32,288 bases of DNA, from positions 1 through 32,288 of IMG/VR virus record IMGVR_UViG_3300042247_000016; one strand, given 5' to 3'. The DNA comes from a virus (Duplodnaviria > Caudoviricetes). Shown piece after piece: positions 16,382 through 24,924 of this stretch. The translations under genes were made by a program, and so were the position numbers. A model generated the notes under the pieces. It worked only from the letters and a program-made list of their open reading frames with translations, had not been told where the DNA came from and did not search any database. Numbering within the stretch: the stretch's first letter is position 1; every line of letters starts with the position of its first letter.

Positions 16382-16814
16382 CGTGGTCGATCTGCAGGCC
16401 ATTCTGTCCGAAAGCAACGCTTGCGCCCGGTACGAGCGCGAGCGGGACGGCGGGGACGTGTGGCAGACGCCGGCCGAGCTTTCCGCGTCGGGCGCGGGCG
16501 ATTGCGAGGACTTTGCCATCGACGCCTGGGCTCGGGCCAAAGCCGCGGGCTACACGGCTCGGGTGGCGTGGTGCCTGCGCCAGGACGCCGACGCGCGGCG
16601 CAGCCATATGGTGTGTCTGGTCCGCGAGGACGCCGATCCGTGGGTGCTGGATGTGGTGGCTGATGCGGTGTGCCGGCTGTCCGAGCGTCCGGACCTGGCG
16701 GTGGTGCTGGAGATGGATGACGCGGGTGTGTATATCCGGGACGTCAGGAGGCCCGTGAGCACCATCCAGCAATGGGCGGACGTGCTGGGGCGGATGCGGA
16801 TCAACGCGAGGTGA
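16374..16814 (+). CDS. Transglutaminase-like cysteine protease (BTLCP/LapG-like, C93)
   Basis: WQTPAE...GAGDCEDFAI (Cys), SHMVCLV (His), PWVLD (Asp), SERPDL, C-terminal WADVLGRM. Confidence 0.85.
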   Translation: MFDVVDLQAILSESNACARYERERDGGDVWQTPAELSASGAGDCEDFAIDAWARAKAAGYTARVAWCLRQDADARRSHMVCLVREDADPWVLDVVADAVCRLSERPDLAVVLEMDDAGVYIRDVRRPVSTIQQWADVLGRMRINAR

Positions 16815-16818
16815 GGAT

Positions 16819-17118
16819 ATGAAGTACGAACAGCTCAGTACCGACTACATGGATGACCATATCGCCGAAGCGATGCACGGGCGCGAGATGGAGTGGTTTC
16901 ACTACGACATCGACCGGCAGAACTTCCTGGACATGATCGCCGCGCTGCCACCAGGCGATCCGCAGCGTGCGCAGTTCGCGCAGCGCGTCGAGCAAGTCGA
17001 AGAGCAGATGGCGGTGGTCGAGCGCGTGTACGAGGCGCTCAAGCGGCGCATCCGCAATCCGCAGGCGCACGCCGCGGCCGTCGAGAGGGTCCGACTCAAG
17101 CGTGCACCTGCCGCATAG
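16819..17118 (+). CDS. Hypothetical coiled-coil protein, possible partner of the following propeller protein
   Basis: GAGG RBS; REMEWFHYDIDRQNF motif. Confidence 0.75.
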   Translation: MKYEQLSTDYMDDHIAEAMHGREMEWFHYDIDRQNFLDMIAALPPGDPQRAQFAQRVEQVEEQMAVVERVYEALKRRIRNPQAHAAAVERVRLKRAPAA

Positions 17119-17127
17119 GGCTGGCCG

Positions 17128-18555
17128 GTGGCGCAGTTTGTTGCGGTCGCGCACGCCAGTTCGCCCAATGTCTCCGTCTATCCGTGGAGCGGCAGTGGGT
17201 TTGGCACGAAGTTCGCCGATCCGGCCACGTTGCCGACGGGGGCTGGCGTAGGCATCACCTTCTCGCCGGCCGGCGATGCCCTGGCCGTCGCGCACGAATT
17301 GTCCCCCTCCGTCTCCGCCTACCCGTGGAGCGGCAGTGGGTTTGGCACGAAGTTCGCCGATCCGGCAACGCCGCCGGACGGTGGAAATAGCATAGCCTTC
17401 TCGCCGGCCGGCGATGCGCTGGCTGTCGCGCACTACGAATCGCCCAATGTCTCCGTCTATCCGTGGAGCGGCAGTGGGTTTGGCACGAAGTTCGCCGATC
17501 CGGCCACGTTGCCGACGGGGGATGGCCTAGGCGTTGCCTTCTCCCCGTCCGGCGATGCCATAGCGGTCGCGCACATCAACTCCCCCTACGTCTCCGCCTA
17601 CCCTTGGAGCGGGAGTGGCTTCGGGGCGAAGTTCGCCAATCCTGCGGTGCTGCCGACGGGGGATGGTTGGGGCGTCGCGTTCGGCCAGGACCCGCCAACA
17701 CCGATCGTCGCGTTCGACACGTTGACTCCAGCCCTGGTAGAGGCGGTGTCGCTGTTCGGGGTGGTGTCGGCCAGCGATACCCTCACGCCGTCGGTGGCGG
17801 AGGTTGCTCAGGCGCTGGTGTCGTTGTTGACCTCCGACACGCTGACGCCAGCAGTGGCCGACGCCAGTGTGCTGCTGTCGCTGCTGGACCGCACCGACAC
17901 CCTGACTCCAGCCCTGGCAGAAGCGGTATCGCTGTTCGGATCGGCATCGCTGATCGACACGTTGACTCCAGCCCTGGTAGAGGCGGTGTCGCTGTTCGGG
18001 GTGGTGTCGGCCAGCGATACCCTCACGCCGGCACTGGCGGAGGCCGCTGCCGGGGCTGCCGTGGTGAGTGGCACCGATACGCTGACGCCTGCGTTAGCGC
18101 AGTTGGCCGGCGTGGTGGCGGTGATGACCGGCGCCGACACGCTGACCCCGCTGGTGGATGACGCCGGCACGCTGCTGGCGCTGCTGACGCGCGCCGACGC
18201 GCTGGCGCCGTCGCTGGTGGATGCGGTCTGGCCGGACCTGCCCGGCATGGCGCTGCGGGCGCTGACGGTGGTGCTCAAGGCGGCCGACGGCACGCCGCAG
18301 GTGGGCGCCACGGTGCGGGCGCTGCGGGTGCGGCCCGGCGGCGGGCTGCGCACGGTGGTGTCGCCGCTGGTGGTGTCGGCGGTGACGGACGGCAACGGCG
18401 TGGCGGTGCTGACGCTGCTGCCGAGCTTCGGCGATGCGTACCGGATATTCGCCACGGCGGTGGACGGCCGGGCGCTGCTGGACGTGGCGGTGTTGCTGGA
18501 CGGGGACGCGAATTTGCATGAGCTGACGCCGCTGGAGGGCATGACATGGCACTGA
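17128..18555 (+). CDS. Putative fibre/receptor-binding protein: four beta-propeller blades, nine 20-aa repeats, C-terminal beta-sandwich
   Basis: 4x AVAH..SP.VS.YPWSGSGFG.KFA.PA (46-47 aa), then DTLTP repeats every 60 bp from 17716. Confidence 0.75.
   Translation: MAQFVAVAHASSPNVSVYPWSGSGFGTKFADPATLPTGAGVGITFSPAGDALAVAHELSPSVSAYPWSGSGFGTKFADPATPPDGGNSIAFSPAGDALAVAHYESPNVSVYPWSGSGFGTKFADPATLPTGDGLGVAFSPSGDAIAVAHINSPYVSAYPWSGSGFGAKFANPAVLPTGDGWGVAFGQDPPTPIVAFDTLTPALVEAVSLFGVVSASDTLTPSVAEVAQALVSLLTSDTLTPAVADASVLLSLLDRTDTLTPALAEAVSLFGSASLIDTLTPALVEAVSLFGVVSASDTLTPALAEAAAGAAVVSGTDTLTPALAQLAGVVAVMTGADTLTPLVDDAGTLLALLTRADALAPSLVDAVWPDLPGMALRALTVVLKAADGTPQVGATVRALRVRPGGGLRTVVSPLVVSAVTDGNGVAVLTLLPSFGDAYRIFATAVDGRALLDVAVLLDGDANLHELTPLEGMTWH
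17714..18030 (+). repeat. Exact 77-bp duplication (17714-17790 = 17954-18030) within the 60-bp repeat array
   Basis: Direct comparison of the two segments, 240 bp apart. Confidence 0.9.
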
Positions 18556-19616
18556 CGCTGGCGACGGTGACGGGCAAGTTGCTGGATCAGGCCGGGGTGG
18601 CGCAGGCCGGCGCCACGCTGACGCTGATGCTGGACCGGCCGGACGTGGACCCGGTCGAGGGCTATCTGTTGCCGCTGGCGCAGGTGTTCACGGCGGACGT
18701 GGACGGGGTGGTGGTCATCCAGGTGTGGCCGAACGACCTGGGCAGCGAGGACAGCCGTTATCGGGTGGTGGCGGTGACGGCGGCCGGCGAGGCGCTGTTC
18801 AGCGGGGCGATGACGGTGCCGTCGGCCGGCGGGGCGCTGTTCGATCTGCTGGACCTGGGCTTTACCGGGCCGCCGCCGGGCAGTGGCCGCGATACCGGCC
18901 GCGAGGCGCGCTTGGTCGGCGACGTGGCGGACTTGCTGCACGAGGTGCCGCCGTCGAGCGAGACCGCCCGCAAGATCAAGCGCTGGCTGCAGCTGGTGGT
19001 CGAGGATGTGGCGCAGGGCCGGCGCTGGTGGTTCCTCGATCATTTGAGCCAGGGCGGCATCGGCGCCGGGGCGGATGTGATCGACCTGGTGGGCGATCTG
19101 GACCGGATCGTGGCGGTGTATTGCCCGCTGCGCCTCGATAACGTGCCGCTGGCGGTGATTGCGCATGAGCGCGCGCAGGCGCAAAAGGAGGCCCGCCCGA
19201 ATGCCGGCTGGCCGACGCATTACGCGCTGGAGGGCGGCCGGCGGGTGCATCTGTGGCCGGCGCCGCACCAGGCGATGCCGTTTGCGGTGCATTACGCGCG
19301 CCCGGCGGATGTGCAGTTGTTCCCGCCCGGCTGGGACGCGATCTTGCTCAACGGGGTGTTGGGGCTGTTCGGGCAGCATTTCGACCGCGATGCGCTGTCG
19401 CAGCGGCCGGAGTATTTCGAGGGTCGCTACCGCGAGCAGCTCAAGCGCGCGCGGCTGGAGCATCACGACCTGGTGCGCCTGCCCGGCTGGCTGGCGGATA
19501 CGGCCACGGCCACGCTGGGGGCCAGCAGCGCCAGTGCGGCGGCGGTGCGCCGGGTGATGCCGGCCAGTCTGGAGGGGATCGGGTCGGTGTTCGTGTATCC
19601 GTTGGAGGTGGTGTGA
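18546..19616 (+). CDS. Putative head-tail adaptor with an extra N-terminal beta-sandwich domain
   Basis: C-half GWPTHYA...VHLWPAP...VHY pattern of podoviral adaptors; N-half TVTGKLLDQAG..QAGAT.T...WPN...YRV. Confidence 0.6.
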   Translation: MALTLATVTGKLLDQAGVAQAGATLTLMLDRPDVDPVEGYLLPLAQVFTADVDGVVVIQVWPNDLGSEDSRYRVVAVTAAGEALFSGAMTVPSAGGALFDLLDLGFTGPPPGSGRDTGREARLVGDVADLLHEVPPSSETARKIKRWLQLVVEDVAQGRRWWFLDHLSQGGIGAGADVIDLVGDLDRIVAVYCPLRLDNVPLAVIAHERAQAQKEARPNAGWPTHYALEGGRRVHLWPAPHQAMPFAVHYARPADVQLFPPGWDAILLNGVLGLFGQHFDRDALSQRPEYFEGRYREQLKRARLEHHDLVRLPGWLADTATATLGASSASAAAVRRVMPASLEGIGSVFVYPLEVV

Positions 19617-21115
19617 TGACTGTGCGCACGGTGGCTGAGTTGCGGGCGCTGTTCGAGACCGGGGACCGGCCGACGCAGCAGGACTTTGTGGACTTGATCG
19701 ATTCGTTCCTGCACGCGCAGCTGGGGAATTTTCCGGACCCGCTGCCGCCGGTGTCGGCGCAGAACCTGACCAGTATCCCGATTCCGGACCCGCTTCCGGC
19801 GGTCAGCGGGGAGTTTCTGACCAACATCAACCGTTCGGACTGGGTGGCGATCAGCGCGCTGCCCAGCTATGCGACCAGCACCAGTTTTGTGGTCAGTGGC
19901 GACTTTACCGGGCTGAGTTATTTCGTGGTGGGGCGGCGGGTGCGGATTCACCTGAATCCGACCGGCTTTTATTTCGGCACGGTGCTGGATGCTACCTATG
20001 CTGCCGGACCGAACACGACCACGGTGACGGTGGACAATGAAATCCCCACTTCGGCGCTGGCCAAGGTGGATGTGAATCTGCTGGTGGATTCCGACATCGT
20101 GGTCACCAGCCTGAAGCCGGGGTCGGGGCCGGAGCTGTCGGTGTACCGCAAGGATGCGGCCGGCACCAACATCGAGCCGTGGACGATTCCGGCTGGGGTG
20201 GCGACCGAACCGGGCCTGGTGGAGCTGGCGACCGATGTCGAGACGCAGGCGCTGGCCGATGCCACGCGCGGCGTGACGCCGGCCGGCCTGGCGGCGGCGG
20301 CGGTGTCTGCGCCGACGGCCGACCGGTTGATGCGCCGCGATGCCGCTGGACGGGCGCAGGTGGCGGCGCCCAGCGCGGCGGCGGACATTGCGCGCAAGGA
20401 TACGGTGGATGCCGCGCAGGCGGCGGTGCAGGCGAGCCTGAACAACCACGAAGGCGTTACCACCGGCGTGCACGGCGTGGGCGCCTCGACGGTGGAAAGC
20501 GCGAGCGGCGCACAAGCCAAGGTAAATGCGCATGCCAATCTGACCAACCCGCACGATGCCACCAGCGCGCCCGCGGCGAACCGACTGATGCTGCGCGATG
20601 CCGCCGGGCGGGCACGGGTGGCGGGGCCAAGCGCGGTCGATGACATTGCGACAAAGGGGTATGTCGATGCGAATTTCTCGGTGTACCCGTCCGGCACGAA
20701 GATGGTTTATGCCCAAGCTACGGCGCCGCCCTACTGGACGCAGGACGTCAGCGCAAACGATCGGATGTTGCGCGTGGTGTCTGGTAGCGGCGGTGGGGTA
20801 GGCGGCGATTGGCCGATCACCGGGCTGACGGTTGGCGGCACGGCTCTGACGGTCGCGCAAATGCCTTCGCATGGGCATCCGTGGACGCAGAAATTCAATA
20901 TTGATAACCCTACCGCAAATGACTATAGCGGCGCACTTTTGACCCATCGTGGCACCAATCAGACCACCTTTCAGGCTTGGAATGGTGTGTCGGATGATAA
21001 TCTCGGCCATGCAATCGGCGGTTCTGGCGGCGGTCAGGCTCACAGTCATGGGATCAGTTCCAGTGGATCATGGCGCCCGGCTTATACGGATGTCATTTTG
21101 GCGATCAAGGACTGA
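19616..21115 (+). CDS. Tail fibre protein
   Basis: Start re-called at ATG 19616; FETGDRPTQQDF.DLIDS N-terminus, GLVELAT..ET, 2x RLM.RDAAGRA.V, collar-like YPSGTKM...AP..WT, TALTVAQMPSHGH, GGGQAHSH. Confidence 0.85.
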   Translation: MTVRTVAELRALFETGDRPTQQDFVDLIDSFLHAQLGNFPDPLPPVSAQNLTSIPIPDPLPAVSGEFLTNINRSDWVAISALPSYATSTSFVVSGDFTGLSYFVVGRRVRIHLNPTGFYFGTVLDATYAAGPNTTTVTVDNEIPTSALAKVDVNLLVDSDIVVTSLKPGSGPELSVYRKDAAGTNIEPWTIPAGVATEPGLVELATDVETQALADATRGVTPAGLAAAAVSAPTADRLMRRDAAGRAQVAAPSAAADIARKDTVDAAQAAVQASLNNHEGVTTGVHGVGASTVESASGAQAKVNAHANLTNPHDATSAPAANRLMLRDAAGRARVAGPSAVDDIATKGYVDANFSVYPSGTKMVYAQATAPPYWTQDVSANDRMLRVVSGSGGGVGGDWPITGLTVGGTALTVAQMPSHGHPWTQKFNIDNPTANDYSGALLTHRGTNQTTFQAWNGVSDDNLGHAIGGSGGGQAHSHGISSSGSWRPAYTDVILAIKD

Positions 21116-21124
21116 GCTGACCTG

Positions 21125-21403
21125 ATGAATTACCGCAATGCCTGGAACTGCAAGCGCTGCCCCGGGCGCAACGATGATCAGGGTTGTCCGGCGTGGGTCG
21201 AGTACATGCAGGAGAATCCGGCCACGGGCGAACAGCGCCTGCAAAGAGAGTGCCTGTTTCAGGCGCTGCCGGTGTTTCTGATCGAGGTGGTGAAGGCGAG
21301 CAACCGTCCGGCCGCCGCTGTCGAGTCGATGCGCAACGAGATGGTGGCTGGCTTGGGGCAGGTGGCAAAGGCGCTGCCGTTGTTGTTGGAGGACGGGCGA
21401 TGA
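21125..21403 (+). CDS. Tail fibre-associated small Cys protein
   Basis: CKRCP...CPAW...C...AAAVESMRNEMV pattern typically found after this fibre type. Confidence 0.7.
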   Translation: MNYRNAWNCKRCPGRNDDQGCPAWVEYMQENPATGEQRLQRECLFQALPVFLIEVVKASNRPAAAVESMRNEMVAGLGQVAKALPLLLEDGR

Positions 21404-22844
21404 GCTGTTGGCCGGTGGTGGTGACGCTGGCGTGGTGGGTGCCGGGCTGATGCTGTCGAGCAGGCCGCTGGCGGACCGGATGCGTGTGGCGCGCAACCTG
21501 CTGCCGCTGGAAAACGGCGGCATGGAGGCGCGCCCGGGCGCGGTGCAGGTGCTGGCCGGTGACGTGACTGATCTGGCGGTGTGGGGCTCGCGGCTGGTAG
21601 CCGAACGCGACGGGCGCATTGTGGTGGCCAGCGGCGGGGCGGTGCAGGACGTGGGGCAGGCCGGGCGGTTCGTGCGCGGCACGGCGTTTCAGGCGCTGAC
21701 GCAGGATGCGCAGCGCGAGGAGCGGTTTTACGTGGCCGATGGGATCAATCCGCTGTGGTATCTGGCGCGCCGCGGCGGTACGACGGTGCGCGAGGCGGTG
21801 GTCAATGAGGTGCTGGACGCGGCCGGCCTGGCGTATCCGCTGCCGGTGTCGACGCTGGTGGCGACCTGGCGCGGGCGGTTGTGGGTCGACGAGGGGGCGA
21901 ACCGGCTGCGGCATTGTCAGTTCGACCGGCCGGCCGAGTGGGACCCGCTGTGGACGCTGGAGTTTCAGGGCGCGGAAAGTGACCGCCGGCGGGCGCTGCT
22001 GCCGTTCGGCGAGGTGCTGTTGGTTGGCTTCGAGCGGGCCATCTGGGGCGTGACCGGGCGCAGTCAGTACGACTGGCAGACGGCGGCGGTGGTGAACGGC
22101 CGCGGCTGCGGCGGGCCGCGGTCGATGGCGTCCGACGGCGCCGGGGCGTGGTGGGTGAGCCGCGACGGGGTGTTCCGCCTGGGCGCCGAGTTGCCGCTGT
22201 CGGGCGATGTGCGCGAGTGGTTCGGCGCGCAGCACATGGACAGTCAGGCGGTGATCGTGCCGCGCACGCGGCGGCTGTTTGTGCTGTATGGCGGGCGACT
22301 GCTGGCGGTGCACCTGGACAGCGGGCGCGTGGGCGAGGTGGTGGCGGCCGGCGCGCGGGGGTTGTTCGTGCTGGATGGATGCGCCGGCTGGTGGGGCGAG
22401 AACGGCGCCTGGCTGATGGCGGCCGACGATCTGCCGGATACGGCCATCGACGGCACGCGCACGCCGGTGCAGGCGGTGCTGGAAAGTTGGGATGAGGTGC
22501 CCGCTCGGGCCGGCGGTGGGCGGGCGCTGCTGAACCGGGCGCGGTTTGTGGTGCAGGGCTCGCCACGGGGCGATGCGACGTATACGGCCACGGCCGACGG
22601 GCAGCGCAGCTTTTCCGGCACGTTCAGCCTGAGCGATGTGGCGGTGGAGGAATGGTCCGCCAGTGCGCCGCCGGCGGACGGCAGCGGCGCGGCGTGGCCG
22701 GTGCCGGGGGTGTTCCGGGAGCTGGTGCCGCGGCTGGCGGGGCGCACGTTTCGGCACCGCATCGAGGCGCCGGTGTATTTTCGCCTGGATGAGTTCAGCC
22801 CGGAGTTCCGGTTTCGGGGTGCAGCAGCAGGAGGTGGGTCATGA
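21400..22844 (+). CDS. Putative tail nozzle / tail tubular protein B (apparent frameshift near 21445, or start at ATG 21450)
   Basis: ARNLLPLENGGMEARPG N-terminal motif, beta-propeller-like W/G-rich body, GCGGPRSM; GGAGG RBS before ATG 21400. Confidence 0.7.
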
Positions 22845-23263
22845 CGGCGACGGTGATTTTTCAGTTCGGCGACGCGGAGCCGTTCACGTTGCAAAAATTA
22901 AACGCGAACTTCGCCAACATGGTCGGCGCGGTGAATGCGCTGGCGGCCGATCAGATGCTGCAGCTGGGCGCGGTGCCGGGCGGAGTGGGCACGTGGGTGC
23001 CGGTGACCGGCGGGCAATTCTACGGGCAGATTGCGGCGCCGTCGGTGCTGATCGGGCCGGTGGATGGCACCACGTATCAGGCGGTGAGCAGGGGCGATGT
23101 GGCCAGCGTCAGCACGGCGGGGGTGGTGAAGCAGGCGGCGGCCAGCGCGGATGCGGCCACGGCGGTAGGCACCAGTTATGCGCAGGCCGAGGTGCAGGCG
23201 ATCCTGGATGAGCTGCGCGACCTGAAGGCCAAGCTGCGCACGGCCGGCGTGGTGGCGCCCTGA
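22841..23263 (+). CDS. Putative virion protein with a head-fibre-like C-terminal motif
   Basis: LNANF N-terminal motif; AGVVKQAAA.ADA...Y.QAEVQAI...LK.KLR.AG. Confidence 0.65.
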   Translation: MTATVIFQFGDAEPFTLQKLNANFANMVGAVNALAADQMLQLGAVPGGVGTWVPVTGGQFYGQIAAPSVLIGPVDGTTYQAVSRGDVASVSTAGVVKQAAASADAATAVGTSYAQAEVQAILDELRDLKAKLRTAGVVAP

Positions 23264-23481
23264 TGCGCGCGCTGGAGGTGACCGAGCCGATTGCGTTGTC
23301 GGTGCAGGCCAGTGTGCCGGTGACGATCCGGCACGGTCTGGGGCGGCAGGTGGCCGGCTGGCTGGTGGTCTGGGCCACGGCGCCGGTGGAGTTTTTTGTG
23401 GCCGATGCGGCGGCCGATACGCGCGTGGAGCTGGTGTTGGTGCCGTCGGCGACGTGTGATGTGCGCGTGCTGTTGATTTGA
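23263..23481 (+). CDS. Small beta-strand hypothetical virion protein
   Basis: TGATG coupling; TIRHGLGR.V.GWLVV motif. Confidence 0.65.
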   Translation: MRALEVTEPIALSVQASVPVTIRHGLGRQVAGWLVVWATAPVEFFVADAAADTRVELVLVPSATCDVRVLLI

Positions 23482-23528
23482 GCGCAAGAGTGGTACCGTT
23501 GGCGGGGCGATCGATGAGAGGTTGAACG

Positions 23529-23870
23529 ATGGACGAGCAAGCAATCGAAAAGGAGATTCAGGCCAAGGGGCTGAATGCGCCGCGGCTGACGCCGGGCGTG
23601 ATCGACGCGGCGATCGCCGGCGAGGATTACCACGTATTCCCCGGCACGACGCTGACGGTGTGCTGTCTGACGCTGCGGAATGGATTCACCGTGACCGGTG
23701 AAAGCGCGGCAGCCAGTCCAGCGAATTTCGACGCGGCGCTCGGAAAGAAGATTGCCTACCAGAATGCTCGTCAGAAAATCTGGGCGCTTGAGGGGTACTT
23801 GCTGCGCGAGAGGGCGGCGGGGGCTGATTCAGTGAAGTCGCGGGCATGGCTCGCTTACGGTGAGGGTTGA
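23529..23870 (+). CDS. Gp49 family protein (N4 gp49 / Sf6 gp66)
   Basis: APRLTP..ID...TTLTVCCLTLRNGFTVTGESA.ASP.NFD...G.KIA..NA..KIW.LEGYLL. Confidence 0.9.
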   Translation: MDEQAIEKEIQAKGLNAPRLTPGVIDAAIAGEDYHVFPGTTLTVCCLTLRNGFTVTGESAAASPANFDAALGKKIAYQNARQKIWALEGYLLRERAAGADSVKSRAWLAYGEG

Positions 23871-23873
23871 ACG

Positions 23874-24398
23874 ATGGCGACGACGTATGACGTGCGGGAT
23901 GTGATCGGGCGCACGCGGGCGCAGAGCAGCCGGCGGGTGGAGTGGACGAAGCGGTTTTCGTTTGCTGACCGCAATCTGGCGGCCAGCCAGAGCGCGGCGT
24001 TTTTCACGCTGCCCAAGGGCTTTGTGCATGAGCGCACCGATGCGGTGCTACGCACGGCCGAGGGCGCGGCTGGGACTTTCGACGTGGGCATCGACGGCAA
24101 TCTGCAGTTGTTCGCCGCCGGGCTGGACGCCAACGGTACGCCGAATGCGCGCATTGCGTCGGTGTCGGGCGTGGCGGTGGCGGCAGCGGACGCCGATGCC
24201 ACGTACGGCGCCGAGGAAGCGACGCTGATCAACGAGATCAAGGCGGACGTGAATCAGCTGGTGGGCGACGTGAACAAGGCGGGGTATTACTGCCACACGG
24301 ACACGGTGGCGGCGATCAGTGTGCCGTCCGGGCAGCCGACGCTGGATGCGGCGGTGGTGGATGTGACGTTCGTCGGTTACATGACCGACACGGCCTGA
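23874..24398 (+). CDS. Putative capsid decoration/minor structural protein
   Basis: FFTLPKG...AEG...TFDVG...F.AG.D.N beta-rich pattern; helical insert ADATYG.EE..LINE.K resembling the C-terminus of 22841-23263. Confidence 0.55.
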   Translation: MATTYDVRDVIGRTRAQSSRRVEWTKRFSFADRNLAASQSAAFFTLPKGFVHERTDAVLRTAEGAAGTFDVGIDGNLQLFAAGLDANGTPNARIASVSGVAVAAADADATYGAEEATLINEIKADVNQLVGDVNKAGYYCHTDTVAAISVPSGQPTLDAAVVDVTFVGYMTDTA

Positions 24399-24401
24399 GC
24401 C

Positions 24402-24920
24402 GTGGAGGCTGACGCGCTGCGGCGCTGGCTCAAGGGCGACCCGTGGGCGGTGGCGCTGCTGCTGGACCTGGGGGCCATTACGCAGGTGTGGGATGACTGC
24501 GTGGACGGCGACCGGGTGCTGACGCGGGACGCGGTGGACGGGGCGTTCATCCGGGCGTTGTGCGGGCTGCCGCGCAATCCGTTCTGGCTGCGCCACCAGG
24601 GGGACCTGCTGCCGCTGCTGGAGGCGTGGATTCTGGATTGGCAGACGGCCACGACCATCGAGCAGGGCCAGGCGATGGACCCGACGCTGCTGCGCGTGGC
24701 GTGGCTGATCCGTGACAGCTCGGCGGCGTTGATTGTGGCCTGCGCGCGGATCGTCGGCGGTTGGGAGTGGGCGCAGGAGGTGGCGCTGGAGGTGCGGGCG
24801 CATCTGCATGATGAATCGTTTGATGAGTATGCCCGTGGTCTTATGCCGGAGCCGGTCGGCGGTGCCCGCCAGGCGCCGCCACGGGCGCAGATGACCACGG
24901 GAACTGCCGTGGCGGAGTGA
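24402..24920 (+). CDS. Phage protein with a DDxxD motif (isoprenoid/terpene synthase-like helical fold)
   Basis: QVWDDCVDGD, LPRNPFW..H...L.P, IVGGWEWA; directly upstream of the ejection proteins. Confidence 0.7.
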   Translation: MEADALRRWLKGDPWAVALLLDLGAITQVWDDCVDGDRVLTRDAVDGAFIRALCGLPRNPFWLRHQGDLLPLLEAWILDWQTATTIEQGQAMDPTLLRVAWLIRDSSAALIVACARIVGGWEWAQEVALEVRAHLHDESFDEYARGLMPEPVGGARQAPPRAQMTTGTAVAE

Positions 24921-24924
24921 GGCA

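Noticed and set aside
17128-17690. Diversity-generating retroelement TR/VR pair
   Set aside because: Differences between copies are not confined to adenines, all copies are in-frame coding, and there is no reverse transcriptase in the window
19253-19615. N-terminal extension of the tail fibre ORF
   Set aside because: Overlaps the adaptor gene; the GGAGG RBS and TGATG coupling point to ATG 19616
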